DNA from: an uncultured virus (IMG/VR IMGVR_UViG_3300031992_002320)
Lineage: Duplodnaviria; Heunggongvirae; Uroviricota; Caudoviricetes
Strand: one strand, 5' to 3'
Virus record (IMG/VR): IMGVR_UViG_3300031992_002320
DNA: 64,000 nt
The notes under the pieces: generated by a model
Databases searched by the model: none
What the model was told of the DNA's origin: nothing
The model's input: only the letters and a program-made list of their open reading frames with translations
Shown: positions 47,735 to 58,257 of the stretch, piece by piece
Position numbering within the stretch: position 1 is the stretch's first letter
How the letters are laid out: each line of letters opens with the position of its first letter
Position numbers and translations under genes: made by a program

Positions 47735-49588
47735 ATGCAATTACAGGAGTTGGTTAAGACTGGTGCGATTTCAGATCTTAATGTGTTTTTATCGGATATG
47801 AGTGCGGCCTTGTCCCTTTGTGGTATGAATCCGGATGGTTCGCAGAAGGGGGCTAAAAATCAGCAGAATCAGCAACAGCAGAATCCACAGCAGGGTGGTT
47901 CTGGTGGTGGTTCTGATGCTTCTGATGCGGATGATGATTCCGATGCTGAGGATTCCGATGATTCTTCCGGTGGTGGTGGTTCACAGGGAGGCAATTCCAA
48001 GGAGTCAGACGACTCTGAAGATTCACAGGGTGCCGGTGGTGATAGTGCTGATGCTCCGCAGGCTGGGGATCAGGGTAGTGGTACCGGTGATCCGCAGGAT
48101 GGTGAGTCTGGTAGTGGTGCTGGGGATCAGGAAAGTGATGAGCAGGGGGATGGTTCTGGTGATTCACAGGATGGTTCTTCTGGTGGTGGGGATTCCACGG
48201 GTGCTAATAATAAGTCCAATGGTGGAGCCTCTGGGGAGTCATCTGATGATTCTGATGAGGGTAGTGACGGAATTCCAAAGGGTAGTAATGGTAAGGGGAA
48301 TAATAATGATGCCTTTAAGCACAATGCTGACGATGAGGGTTCGGATGGTGCTGTCGAGGATTCTATGGGATCCATTGGGGGTGAGGAGTCAGGTGTTAAT
48401 ACCTTGAATGACTTATCCAAGATGCTTGATTCTGCCTTGGATGGGAAGACCCCGGAGGTACCGAAGTCCCTTGATGCTTTCGGTGGTTCTATGGATATGG
48501 ATAAATACGATGAGTTGTGGAATGACCTTGTTGAGACTCAGAATGATGATGGTGTGTCCACAAATATCGGGCATGATGGTGATTCCTTGGATAAGCTTGA
48601 ACAGGAGGCTAAGGCTCAGCAGGAGGCTCAGGAGGCTCGTGATAGGATCATGAAGGCTATGGAGGAGCAGCTTAATGCAAATGGTGATGGCTCTTATGGC
48701 GGTGGTTCTGCAGGTTCTGATGGTGGTTTGCGTGAGCTCGGTCTTTCCAAGGGCCTTGATGGTGGTTTGTTGTCTTGGGAGGATTGGATGATTGATAAGT
48801 TGACATCCGTTCCCGGTGTCAGTAGGGCTTGGGATAGTATGTCGGGCCGCCCGATGTATTCCCTTGCGAATGATATGCCGGCAAGGGGTACTGTGGATGT
48901 TTTGAAGCCGGCGGGTATCACTTGTGATGTGTTTATTGACTGTTCGGGTTCAATGTCGGATCCGATGCTTCGTACCATTTTCTATAATCTGCTGGCTTTG
49001 TCTAATTGGGCCGAGGAGCAGATTTCTCGTATGAATGAGGATGCAGGTGCCGAGGGTATCTTCGAGATGCGTGTGTTCTTCTGGGATGATGAGGTATTGA
49101 GTTTTGCAAGTTGTGAATCGGCGGATGACTTTGTCAAGGGTGGTTTCAATGCCATTTCTGGTGGTGGTACGGACGGTTCATGTGTGTTCCGTTTTATGAG
49201 GTACCTTGACGGGGTTGTTATGTGGGATGGTTCTACAGAGACCGGTATTCCTTTGTTGGACAACCTGAATGAGACGGAGCTCAGGAGGTTCATTGATATG
49301 CGTGATAGCAGAATCGATAAGTTCTCTTATGTCAAGAGTTATGACGGTTCTGCAAGGGCTCTCAAGGTTGTGTTTACGGATGGTTACTTTGATTGGGATG
49401 CTATGCCGGATAAGCCTTGGTTGGAGACCGAATACAATGATATTTCTTGGACTGATGAGGATCTCTTGTGGGTTTTTGTTACGGATGACTATAAGCCTTC
49501 ATCTTCTTATATCGAGAATATGCGTCAGAATGTGCCTTATGGTAATGTCGCTTTCTTGGGAAGTAAGGCGAGTGTGGTTGATGTCTAA
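47735..49588 (+). CDS. VWA-like domain protein (DUF2201 C-terminal type) with long D/G/S/Q-rich linker
   Basis: MIDAS motif VFIDCSGSM, GGGTD, VFTDGY, LLWV. Confidence 0.85.
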   Translation: MQLQELVKTGAISDLNVFLSDMSAALSLCGMNPDGSQKGAKNQQNQQQQNPQQGGSGGGSDASDADDDSDAEDSDDSSGGGGSQGGNSKESDDSEDSQGAGGDSADAPQAGDQGSGTGDPQDGESGSGAGDQESDEQGDGSGDSQDGSSGGGDSTGANNKSNGGASGESSDDSDEGSDGIPKGSNGKGNNNDAFKHNADDEGSDGAVEDSMGSIGGEESGVNTLNDLSKMLDSALDGKTPEVPKSLDAFGGSMDMDKYDELWNDLVETQNDDGVSTNIGHDGDSLDKLEQEAKAQQEAQEARDRIMKAMEEQLNANGDGSYGGGSAGSDGGLRELGLSKGLDGGLLSWEDWMIDKLTSVPGVSRAWDSMSGRPMYSLANDMPARGTVDVLKPAGITCDVFIDCSGSMSDPMLRTIFYNLLALSNWAEEQISRMNEDAGAEGIFEMRVFFWDDEVLSFASCESADDFVKGGFNAISGGGTDGSCVFRFMRYLDGVVMWDGSTETGIPLLDNLNETELRRFIDMRDSRIDKFSYVKSYDGSARALKVVFTDGYFDWDAMPDKPWLETEYNDISWTDEDLLWVFVTDDYKPSSSYIENMRQNVPYGNVAFLGSKASVVDV

Positions 49589-49661
49589 TATTTTGGTTGT
49601 TTTGTAGTGGGTTGTATTACATTTGGTTGTTATACATGCTTTATGAGTTAGGAGGTATGAT

Positions 49662-51560
49662 ATGAGTAATGGTTTGTTAGATCCCGTAGGACGTGCGGAA
49701 GATCTGCAGAATTCACAGGAAACTATTACGCTCAGTGGTATTCGTGAGATGATTAAATCTCGTATGCTTGCCATTCAGCGTGAGTATGCCTTGGCGGGCA
49801 GAGAGTTTATCAAAAATTATGATGGGGACAGGATGGCTGCAATCACGGCGCTCGATACTTATTTCGAGCCGATGCCGGGTGTTGATGATATCATGAAGTC
49901 CTCTGCCACATTGATTACCTCTACCCCCGGTATTGGTAAGACGCAGACGATCTCGCAGATCTGTGAGGAGCTTGGTATTGGGTGTGTTACGCTCAATGTT
50001 TCGAGTTTGTCGAGTGATACAGTTCGTGGTATTCCGATGGTTATCAAGAATAACGATTTCATTCGTGATGAGGATGGGAATATCATTACCACAGAGGGTG
50101 GTGGGGTTGGTACTACCGAGGTTGGTGGTACGCTTAAGGTTGCCCCTTATGCTGGTTTGCCGGTAACTCGTGATTCGGCGGCTGCAATGGGTTGGACGGA
50201 TGCTCAGATTTCCGCCTTTGCCAGAAAGCCGAATACGGATCTTGAGAAGGCTCTTGGTTGGGAAGGTGGTTTCGCGCCGAAGTTCGGTGTGTTCGTTATA
50301 GACGAGTTCTTGGCGGTTGATAAGAACTATCAGGCCGAGCTTAGACCTCTGTTTACCTTTGAGAATGGTAACCGTGGTTTCGTAAGTTCGGGTTATCTGA
50401 TGCCGAGGAACTGGATGGTTATCGCCTTTGGTAATGGTATTGGTCAGGGTGGTAGACGTAGTGATGGTTTGGATCCCTTTGTCGCCAATGCGTTCTGTGG
50501 TGGTATCTACACCTTGCTGGCATCTCCCAAGGATTGGTTGAGTTTCGCTGGCGCCAAGGGTTATCCCGATTTGATTTGTGGTTTCATCGAGTATTCTGCG
50601 ATGCAGGATCATGAGCGTCACATCGGTGACTTGGCTTATATTCCGCCTAAGGGTGATTTGGAGTATAAGACAAGGGGTGGTATTACCTCACCTCGTATGT
50701 GGGAGGCTCTGTGTCTGCGTATGATAACTGCGGCGCATGATGAGGAGGCTCGTAGCAGACTTGGTAATAAGACCTTGGTTGAGGTGCTTGCGGAGCAGGC
50801 TGCGAATGCGGAGGATCCCAAGGAGCGTTCTCTTTGCAAGCGTCTTGCAACTCTGAATACTATGTTGGAGGTTATGGCACCCGAGGAGGTTGTTAAGGAG
50901 AAGCCGGCCAAGGGTGGTAAGAAGGATAAGGATACGGATGAGGATAAGCCGCCTAAGGGTAAGGTTTTTGCCGGTGGTGGTTATGTGGATGTTGATACGG
51001 TGTTGAAGCTCGCTCATGCGTTGATGCCTTCAGTGGTTTATAGCCGTTTTGAGGGCTACTGCACAGGTTTGGTTGAGGTTTCAGCACTTGTGGATGCCAC
51101 TGATATTCTTGAGAAGGGTGAGGTTGATCTCAAGGCTCTTTCCAAGTTTGTTAATACCTCTGGTGGTGAGCTTCTTGCCAATCTCGTTACCACACTTTGT
51201 GGTTCGGAGATGCGTAGAAGGATTGAGGTTTTCAATGCCGAGAAGAAGGGCGTTGGTGCTAATCTCAAGAGTAATTCATCCGAGGCTATTCATCTTTGTA
51301 CCAATTATGCAAATTTCCTTAAGTGGCTCATCGCGTCACCTGTTGGTGAGGATATCACGATGTGTCATGCGGTTGGTGATCGTTTTGGTGGCATTCGTGT
51401 TACGGACGGTAGTGGTGCAAGAGTGGATATGTTCACTTGCTTGAAGAAGCTCTATGCAATGATGATTTCCACGAAGGCCATTACCTTGGGTGATGTTAAT
51501 GGGGCGGATAATTTCAAAGTTTATTTGCAGATGTTTGCGCCCGCATACTTTAGAGATTAA
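49662..51560 (+). CDS. MoxR/AAA_5-type AAA+ ATPase
   Basis: STPGIGKT, VRGIP, FVIDEF, IAFGN, SPRMWE. Confidence 0.82.
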   Translation: MSNGLLDPVGRAEDLQNSQETITLSGIREMIKSRMLAIQREYALAGREFIKNYDGDRMAAITALDTYFEPMPGVDDIMKSSATLITSTPGIGKTQTISQICEELGIGCVTLNVSSLSSDTVRGIPMVIKNNDFIRDEDGNIITTEGGGVGTTEVGGTLKVAPYAGLPVTRDSAAAMGWTDAQISAFARKPNTDLEKALGWEGGFAPKFGVFVIDEFLAVDKNYQAELRPLFTFENGNRGFVSSGYLMPRNWMVIAFGNGIGQGGRRSDGLDPFVANAFCGGIYTLLASPKDWLSFAGAKGYPDLICGFIEYSAMQDHERHIGDLAYIPPKGDLEYKTRGGITSPRMWEALCLRMITAAHDEEARSRLGNKTLVEVLAEQAANAEDPKERSLCKRLATLNTMLEVMAPEEVVKEKPAKGGKKDKDTDEDKPPKGKVFAGGGYVDVDTVLKLAHALMPSVVYSRFEGYCTGLVEVSALVDATDILEKGEVDLKALSKFVNTSGGELLANLVTTLCGSEMRRRIEVFNAEKKGVGANLKSNSSEAIHLCTNYANFLKWLIASPVGEDITMCHAVGDRFGGIRVTDGSGARVDMFTCLKKLYAMMISTKAITLGDVNGADNFKVYLQMFAPAYFRD

Positions 51561-51572
51561 GGAGGTGCACTG

Positions 51573-52859
51573 ATGCGAACTTTTAGTTTGGATTACAGTA
51601 GGGTGTCTGATTTGCTTAAGCCTTTAGGTTTCAGTAAGGCCAAGGGTAACGGCAAGTATGAGTTGAGTGTCAATACCGCTGAGGATGGAGATGAAGGACT
51701 TCTTCATTGGAAGGTGGGCATGTTTGGGGGATTTACCTTTAACTGTCCGCCTTGGGGTGAAAACTATCCGAAGTTGGTTGGTATGATTGAGCCGGCATTC
51801 AAGATAGTGGTTGATGGCAAGGTTGTGGGTGTTGAGCTTGTGTTGGCATCCGTCAATGCTTTCATAACCCTTAATCAGTATGTTGAGAGATTTGAGGAGC
51901 TTTGTACCAAGCGTTTCTCCGTTTTTGGTGATGATCCTCATAAGTATCCCTTGCTTAAGGATGATGGTTCTTCAGGGCTTTGCAAGATTGCCATTCCGTA
52001 TTTCTATACTGTGGGTGGTAATGTGATCAAGGAGAACCTTGGACAGCGTTTACTCTATGATGTTATGGCGGAGCTTAATGCAACGGCGGCTGCAAATCCG
52101 AATCTCTATAACGAGGTGAGACGTATCACTTGGGATTGTGGCAAGAAGGGTTATCTTCGTGGTGAGGCCGCTGGTTGGGTTTATAATCTCAACAGTGATG
52201 TTTCGCTTGAGGAGGTGTCCATCTCCAAGGAGCTTTATGATAAGTTCTTGATGGATCCGGCGGTTCGTGCTTTGACTGAGGTGCCCGAGGACTTGTCTGA
52301 TATGCTTTCAGAGGCTGATGGTCAGACAACTAAGTCTGAGTTTACGGCTCGTCAGCGTTCTGTTATAAGTCATTTCTCATCCAAGGGAACTCCGGGGGTT
52401 GACCTCATTGGTAATCCGAGAATCCCGGCGAGACGAATGATTTGGATCATGAATGCGCTTGCTCAGTATGGTGATTATGTGTATAACTTTGTGGGCAAAG
52501 TTTATCCGGACTGGCTTGCAAATTCCGAGGGCTATGGTCAGTATCTTGGTTATCGTGAGTTGGGTGAGGCCTCTCCGTTTAATAAGGATCCGGAGGACGG
52601 TGGTACCTGTGCGGGATGGTCTGATGAGGCATTCCGTGAGGGACTCCTTGGAGGTAAGCTCGTATCCACTCCGTCTTGGTTTCCGACTGGTTTCGGTATT
52701 ATAGATGCGGATATCGCCCGTGGTTTAATCGCCGCGGCTGTAGATGACGAAGCTGGTTTGATTAGAAGGCTTGATACGGCTGTTTCTCCGAATGCCATGG
52801 ATGGTATGGTGGTTTTGTTGGACAACGATCTCTACGAGGAGCAGTGGTTAGCCGAGTAG
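51573..52859 (+). CDS. Hypothetical protein in the AAA/VWA operon
   Basis: AAGGAGGTG RBS, 428 aa. Confidence 0.8.
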   Translation: MRTFSLDYSRVSDLLKPLGFSKAKGNGKYELSVNTAEDGDEGLLHWKVGMFGGFTFNCPPWGENYPKLVGMIEPAFKIVVDGKVVGVELVLASVNAFITLNQYVERFEELCTKRFSVFGDDPHKYPLLKDDGSSGLCKIAIPYFYTVGGNVIKENLGQRLLYDVMAELNATAAANPNLYNEVRRITWDCGKKGYLRGEAAGWVYNLNSDVSLEEVSISKELYDKFLMDPAVRALTEVPEDLSDMLSEADGQTTKSEFTARQRSVISHFSSKGTPGVDLIGNPRIPARRMIWIMNALAQYGDYVYNFVGKVYPDWLANSEGYGQYLGYRELGEASPFNKDPEDGGTCAGWSDEAFREGLLGGKLVSTPSWFPTGFGIIDADIARGLIAAAVDDEAGLIRRLDTAVSPNAMDGMVVLLDNDLYEEQWLAE

Positions 52860-52873
52860 AGGTGGTGTTGTAG

Positions 52874-55800
52874 GTGTTTGGTAATATATTTGGTTCGATT
52901 ACAAAGGCAGTAAGGAAACCTCTCTTTAGGGTGGGGATTGTGGCATTAGTCATAATCTCCATCCTTTTTGTGATATTTTATAAAATGTTTTCCGTGGGTG
53001 TGGATCCCGTGGTGGCTGGAGGTTTGTACTGCATTGATGAGTATGGTGAGAGTTTAGGTGGGTGTACTTGTTATGCTCATTGTGTGCGTGGTGCGGATCT
53101 CTCGGATTTGAGGGAGGCATATAATCGTGAGTATCCGGTAGAGGCTCTCTGGGCAAATGGTTTCTATCTTTCTATGGGACCATCGGAGGCGGCAATCTTT
53201 ATGAGCACTTGTTTGGCTCTGCAGAGTGAGTCTCTCTTTTCGTATGATGTCAATGATGGTGTTTGGTGTTATGAGATTCCGAATCCATCTTACTATGGTG
53301 GGTTGAGTCGTGTTTATTTGGGTGTTGTGCCTGAGGGGTGTGAGAAGTCCTTTGTTGCGGATGATCTGTATGAGGTTGATTTCATCTCTGGGCGCAAGCT
53401 TTGTTTTGTTGATACCGGGTATATTCGTTGGATGCTCGGTGAGATGGGCTGCAGTGTTTATGATGTTCACTCGGCGCTTCAGACATCCTTTGATTTGGGT
53501 GGTGGTGACTATCTGCGTGCTTGTTCTGTAGGTGACTGGGAAGGTTGTCCCGAGATTTCCGCCACAGCGGGTATGTTGTTCCGTGGTATTTGGGAGGCTG
53601 CGGCTCACGGTTATATTCAGGATGCTGATTATGAGTCTATGGCCACTGTTCTGTCTGCTTTCAGCCGTTGGTATGTGGGTGTTGCGGATGAGGCGGACAT
53701 GGATCTGTTGGGCAACTATCTGATGGAGGATGCTGATGGTGATACCACGGTTTATTTGGATTTCCTTGGTGATGGTGAGCGTGGTACTCGTTTCATCAAG
53801 GCAGGTTCTTCTGGTTATACTGGGGGTACTACCGTTGAGGATGATGTGTCGCAGCCTGATGTTGTGGATGGGGAGTATGCTGGTATCTTGAGGCATACAA
53901 CTATCTCTGATGGTTCTTTGGATTATGGTGTGGCCATTCCGCATGATTACAAGTCTGATTATTCTGGGGCTGTCGGTACGCTTGTTACGGATTCATATGG
54001 TGGCCGTGCTTTGAATATTTATCTGCCGGCTGGTTATACGGATACCAAGGTGTATCCGGTTCTTTATTTTAAGATGGGTACCGCTGTGGAGGCCACCCGT
54101 TTTAATAATCACAGTTTCAATAAGGTTTTGGATAATGCCATCGGTAATGGAGATTTGCCTCCGATGGTGTTCGTTGCTATTCAGGGTGAGACTGGTGGTA
54201 ATTGGTTGCCGCAGGATTGCGGTACAGGTATAAGTAATCTGCATGCCCTTGTGAATTATGTTGAGGGCAAATATTCTTGTGGTAGGTCGGCTGATTTCCG
54301 TGCTGTTGCGGGGTGGTCGCGTGGGTGTCAGGAGGTTGCTCAATCTGTTTACACTTGGAAAGAGTGGGATATGTTTGGGTATGTTGGGCTTCAATCCGCC
54401 TATGGTTATACTCAGCAGTTGCTGGGTGAGTATGAGAAGCTCACGGATGTTAAGTCCTTTGTTGGTTTGGTTGCGGGTGATTCGGATGATGGTACATGTC
54501 GTAATCATGTCACCACGGCGATTAACAATAAGGCCAATTGGGGGAATTATGTTTGGGCTCAGATGGTTGGTGGTGCCACCCATGCTGATGTTTATCAGGA
54601 GCGCTATGTGTATGATTCTCTCTTGTGGTGTTTCGGTGGTGGGGCGCCTGCGATGTCTAACACAGCTCCGTCTACGAGTTCGGGGAATACTACAGAGACA
54701 GAGGTAAGTCCAACCTGTGTTGAGGGTTCTCGTTGGGTTCTTCCTACATCTGATAGTGTCTATAAGGATTTTCGTGATAAGGTTCTTGCGAATCCCATGT
54801 ATGAGAAGGGTGGGGATGCGGTTGTTATCTATCTGCTTATGTGTGATAACAAGCGTCTCGGAGTTAATCTCAATTGTGATTTGTGTGAGGCGGGCAATAT
54901 TGAGTTATGTGAGGGATGTTCTTGGGCCGCGGATTATACCTCGGTTTTGAACTTTGTGGCTGATTCCGTTACTGGGCCTACTGGAGGTGGTGGTACTGGC
55001 AAGGGGCTTGGTAATGCAGAGGGTGAGTACAGTTGGTCTCTGCAGGAGTGTACGGGGGATAAATCATACTATGCCTTTATGCAGGGACATGGTTGTTACC
55101 CCGGAGTTCATGTCTCCCCGAATGGGGAGAACTTGGATCCTCATACAATGTTTGAGGGTGTGGACTATGCTGATAATGCCTGTGGGCTTGTTCCGAAGGA
55201 TGGCAGTACGGCGACCAATTCATTTGGTGGGGCTGCGTGTCCGATTTTCAGTTTTGCGGTTTGTTTGTCCAACATCACGGGTGAGGTGATTACTCCGCTT
55301 GAGTTATCACAGATGTGTGGTTGGACGATATCGGGTTCTGGTGGTACATCGGTTGGTTTTGGTGAGACGCAGTCTGGTGTTTTGGTTCGCCCCAATTCAT
55401 CTTTCTATTGTCGTACTTCGTTAGGTAACTTTTCTGCGCCGAATGCTGAGATTTTGGATTGTTTGGGTGAGCTTGCTGAGGGTGTGGAGTTCGTCAGATT
55501 CGAGAGTGATGAGCAGGTTAAGGCTTGTTTTATGGATTCCACGATGGATACCGTTGTTCGTGTAAATACCTCTTGTGCCCATAATAAGACCTTTAGTCTT
55601 GCGGAGTATCCGGTTGATGTTTATTCGACGGGTGGTACGCATTATGACTACGATACGCGTAATCCCGGTTCGGGTTCGTTCACGGCTTGTTCGGGGCATT
55701 TCTATTCCATCTTGGATTATGATCCCGTGACGGATAGGTATCTCTGTTTTGAGTGTTGTAGGACCAATCATTTTATCTTTTGGGCTCATATGGACTTGGA

Positions 55801-57145
55801 TGGTTGTTTGGGTACTTGTATCTTTCAGAGGCCTGCGTCTATGAGGGCGGAGCCCACCTATCCCGGTAGGGGAGATGGTGCTCAGCCGATTTCGGTTGAG
55901 GAGGGCCGTACCGATTCTGCGGTGGTTGCTGGTGGTGTTCAGCTTGGCCAGCGTAGGTTTGATGGTTCTTGGTATACTGAGGTTACGGGTTGGACCGTGA
56001 CGGATAGGGTTGGACAGGTTGGTGGTACCTCGACTGATAAGGTTTCGGGGGCTACCGAGACGAGATACTTTACGAGTATGCCATTTGATTATCCGTCGGG
56101 TGGTTCTGTTTACTATTTGGATTTGGGGTATTATCAGACCGATACGAAGTCATGGCTTACGGAGACCGCCGAGGATATGGGGGTTGAGAATCCATCGTTC
56201 TGGATCAGGAATGCTCTTACTGGGTATGATTCGGGGGTTGAGCGGAATGTGCACAACACCACACAGGGAGCTGATACTGGATATCTTTCGGATTACTCGA
56301 GGGGGCTTTTGGATGGGCTCTATTCGAATGCCATTCCGGGGCGTTTGTTCTGTGGTTCTCCGCTGTTTGCGATAGCGGCGGATGGTACGCCCGTGGCTGA
56401 TACCTATTGGGAGTGTTATTCCGATGCTTCGGGGTTATACAAGCCGGGGCACTTGTTCGGTGGTTTCAGTGCGGGTAACTATAACACCAATGTTCTGTTG
56501 GTTTTGGTTGTGGCCAATGGTAATCAGACGGTATTCGTTCCGGTGACGATTGCGGATGCGAAGGCTCATTATTATCCGTTTGCGTGTGGTCAGACATTCC
56601 TTGTGGTGGATGGTAGCTTTGCTGCATCGGGGCTTAATGGTTCAATTGGTAACAGTAACACGATTCTCCGTTATAAGTTCTTTGATGGTGATGGTTCGCG
56701 TGGTGATAGCTGTTTGAGTGCGCCGTATGCGGGTGCGTATGCCGGTGGTGGAGGCAATGGTCGTATTTATGGATTCAAGCCGTTATCTGGTTTTTCTTGG
56801 CCGCTTTCTTCTGGTCCTGCGGCGCGTTATTGGATGAATGGTGGTATAAATTGCAATCTGACCTTAAACACATCAAATTTGGGTAGTTCTTATGGTGAGT
56901 TTACTGTTGGTGAGTATGTTTCTTACCTTGCTGGTAATAATCTATTACCGGTACCCGATAATGCGGTGGCTTTGGAGACCGAGTCTCAGGCCTTTGCTGG
57001 TGCATATGGTAGGGCACGGGGTACATCGGGTAAGAGTTGGATAAGTATCTTGAATATTGAGGCTGATGCGGGTGTTGTTAGTACCTTGAATCAGTTCGGC
57101 GGTTTAAGTTCGCTTAAGGGGATCATAATGGTTACCCCATATTAG
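52874..57145 (+). CDS. Membrane-anchored multidomain surface protein: alpha/beta-hydrolase esterase plus C39-like cysteine peptidase
   Basis: N-terminal TM; NIYLPAGY...YPVLY, GWSRG nucleophile elbow, GATH; ACPIFSFAVCLSNITGEVITP and FT...GHF. Confidence 0.7.
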   Translation: MFGNIFGSITKAVRKPLFRVGIVALVIISILFVIFYKMFSVGVDPVVAGGLYCIDEYGESLGGCTCYAHCVRGADLSDLREAYNREYPVEALWANGFYLSMGPSEAAIFMSTCLALQSESLFSYDVNDGVWCYEIPNPSYYGGLSRVYLGVVPEGCEKSFVADDLYEVDFISGRKLCFVDTGYIRWMLGEMGCSVYDVHSALQTSFDLGGGDYLRACSVGDWEGCPEISATAGMLFRGIWEAAAHGYIQDADYESMATVLSAFSRWYVGVADEADMDLLGNYLMEDADGDTTVYLDFLGDGERGTRFIKAGSSGYTGGTTVEDDVSQPDVVDGEYAGILRHTTISDGSLDYGVAIPHDYKSDYSGAVGTLVTDSYGGRALNIYLPAGYTDTKVYPVLYFKMGTAVEATRFNNHSFNKVLDNAIGNGDLPPMVFVAIQGETGGNWLPQDCGTGISNLHALVNYVEGKYSCGRSADFRAVAGWSRGCQEVAQSVYTWKEWDMFGYVGLQSAYGYTQQLLGEYEKLTDVKSFVGLVAGDSDDGTCRNHVTTAINNKANWGNYVWAQMVGGATHADVYQERYVYDSLLWCFGGGAPAMSNTAPSTSSGNTTETEVSPTCVEGSRWVLPTSDSVYKDFRDKVLANPMYEKGGDAVVIYLLMCDNKRLGVNLNCDLCEAGNIELCEGCSWAADYTSVLNFVADSVTGPTGGGGTGKGLGNAEGEYSWSLQECTGDKSYYAFMQGHGCYPGVHVSPNGENLDPHTMFEGVDYADNACGLVPKDGSTATNSFGGAACPIFSFAVCLSNITGEVITPLELSQMCGWTISGSGGTSVGFGETQSGVLVRPNSSFYCRTSLGNFSAPNAEILDCLGELAEGVEFVRFESDEQVKACFMDSTMDTVVRVNTSCAHNKTFSLAEYPVDVYSTGGTHYDYDTRNPGSGSFTACSGHFYSILDYDPVTDRYLCFECCRTNHFIFWAHMDLDGCLGTCIFQRPASMRAEPTYPGRGDGAQPISVEEGRTDSAVVAGGVQLGQRRFDGSWYTEVTGWTVTDRVGQVGGTSTDKVSGATETRYFTSMPFDYPSGGSVYYLDLGYYQTDTKSWLTETAEDMGVENPSFWIRNALTGYDSGVERNVHNTTQGADTGYLSDYSRGLLDGLYSNAIPGRLFCGSPLFAIAADGTPVADTYWECYSDASGLYKPGHLFGGFSAGNYNTNVLLVLVVANGNQTVFVPVTIADAKAHYYPFACGQTFLVVDGSFAASGLNGSIGNSNTILRYKFFDGDGSRGDSCLSAPYAGAYAGGGGNGRIYGFKPLSGFSWPLSSGPAARYWMNGGINCNLTLNTSNLGSSYGEFTVGEYVSYLAGNNLLPVPDNAVALETESQAFAGAYGRARGTSGKSWISILNIEADAGVVSTLNQFGGLSSLKGIIMVTPY

Positions 57146-57162
57146 GTTGGTGAGGTGTTGAT

Positions 57163-58245
57163 ATGCGAGAAGAGAATGGAATGGGTAAGTGGATAATTTT
57201 AATCATTGTGCTTGCGGTTATTGCGATTGGTTTGTCAATCGGCATGAAGGCATTGAGGGCTGATAAGCAGAATGATGGTGATGATTTGGTGGTGGCTTCT
57301 GGTGAGCCACTCACCTCTGTTTTGGAGGGGGGTTCTTTTCAGGGGACCTTGAATGCCGATAGGATTGCGACTCTGCAGGGGTTTGTTTTCACGGGTTCTG
57401 CGGGGACTGCGATTAGCGGGCCGTCTGGATCGGTTACGGTTGTGGATGACTTTGAGGAGAGTCCGATTTATACAGAGGCTGCGGATTTTGGTTCTATCTC
57501 CGTGGATGGGGCCGCCTCTCGTAATCCGGGGGCTTATACCGAGGTGGATTATACAGGTTCTATCGAGGGGGTTGCTGGATCCATCGGTGGCACTTTCAAG
57601 TCCGTTGGGGATGTGTATGGCAAGGAGGGAGGTTTATGGCGTTCGCTTTGGAATATGACCGATGTGAAGCTTGGACAGGTTCTTTCTTGTTATGTTTATC
57701 CGCAGGGTGTGATGCGGCATGAGGGAGTTACGATTGATTCTTTCATTTCGGAGTGTGTCATTCCTTGTTATGGTGATGCTTGTTGTGTAGCGAAATATGA
57801 TGTATCCACGGGGGACTGGTCTGTTCAGGGCAATCCCCTTTGGTTGTTGGTATATGGTGGCTATGTGACCTCTTGGGGTGATGATGAGTGTGATCCGAAG
57901 GCGGTGTTGTCATCTGTCAGCCTTGATCATACCGATGTCAGTTCCGAGGAGGTTGATGAGGAGGGTAATCCCATTGGTTCTGTGGGGGATACTTATGTTT
58001 CCTTTGCGGATTGGAGTGGGGATTGGGTATCTTTTGTTGAGTATGATTCCATGTATGTCCCCCTTGAGGTTCCGGCGGGTGCCATAGAGTGTTTTGGCAC
58101 TGATGGATATGCGGTGGTGTTCCGCTATTCGGATGGTCGTGTGTACAAGGAGGTTTATGGCCACGGATCCGTGGATTATACCTTGGATATGGGTGAGACC
58201 TATGAGTGTTTGTTTGATGGCATATATTGCGTGGGAGCGCGTTGA
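57163..58245 (+). CDS. Membrane-anchored extracellular protein
   Basis: Single N-terminal TM, acidic body. Confidence 0.75.
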   Translation: MREENGMGKWIILIIVLAVIAIGLSIGMKALRADKQNDGDDLVVASGEPLTSVLEGGSFQGTLNADRIATLQGFVFTGSAGTAISGPSGSVTVVDDFEESPIYTEAADFGSISVDGAASRNPGAYTEVDYTGSIEGVAGSIGGTFKSVGDVYGKEGGLWRSLWNMTDVKLGQVLSCYVYPQGVMRHEGVTIDSFISECVIPCYGDACCVAKYDVSTGDWSVQGNPLWLLVYGGYVTSWGDDECDPKAVLSSVSLDHTDVSSEEVDEEGNPIGSVGDTYVSFADWSGDWVSFVEYDSMYVPLEVPAGAIECFGTDGYAVVFRYSDGRVYKEVYGHGSVDYTLDMGETYECLFDGIYCVGAR

Positions 58246-58257
58246 TTTGGGGGTGTT

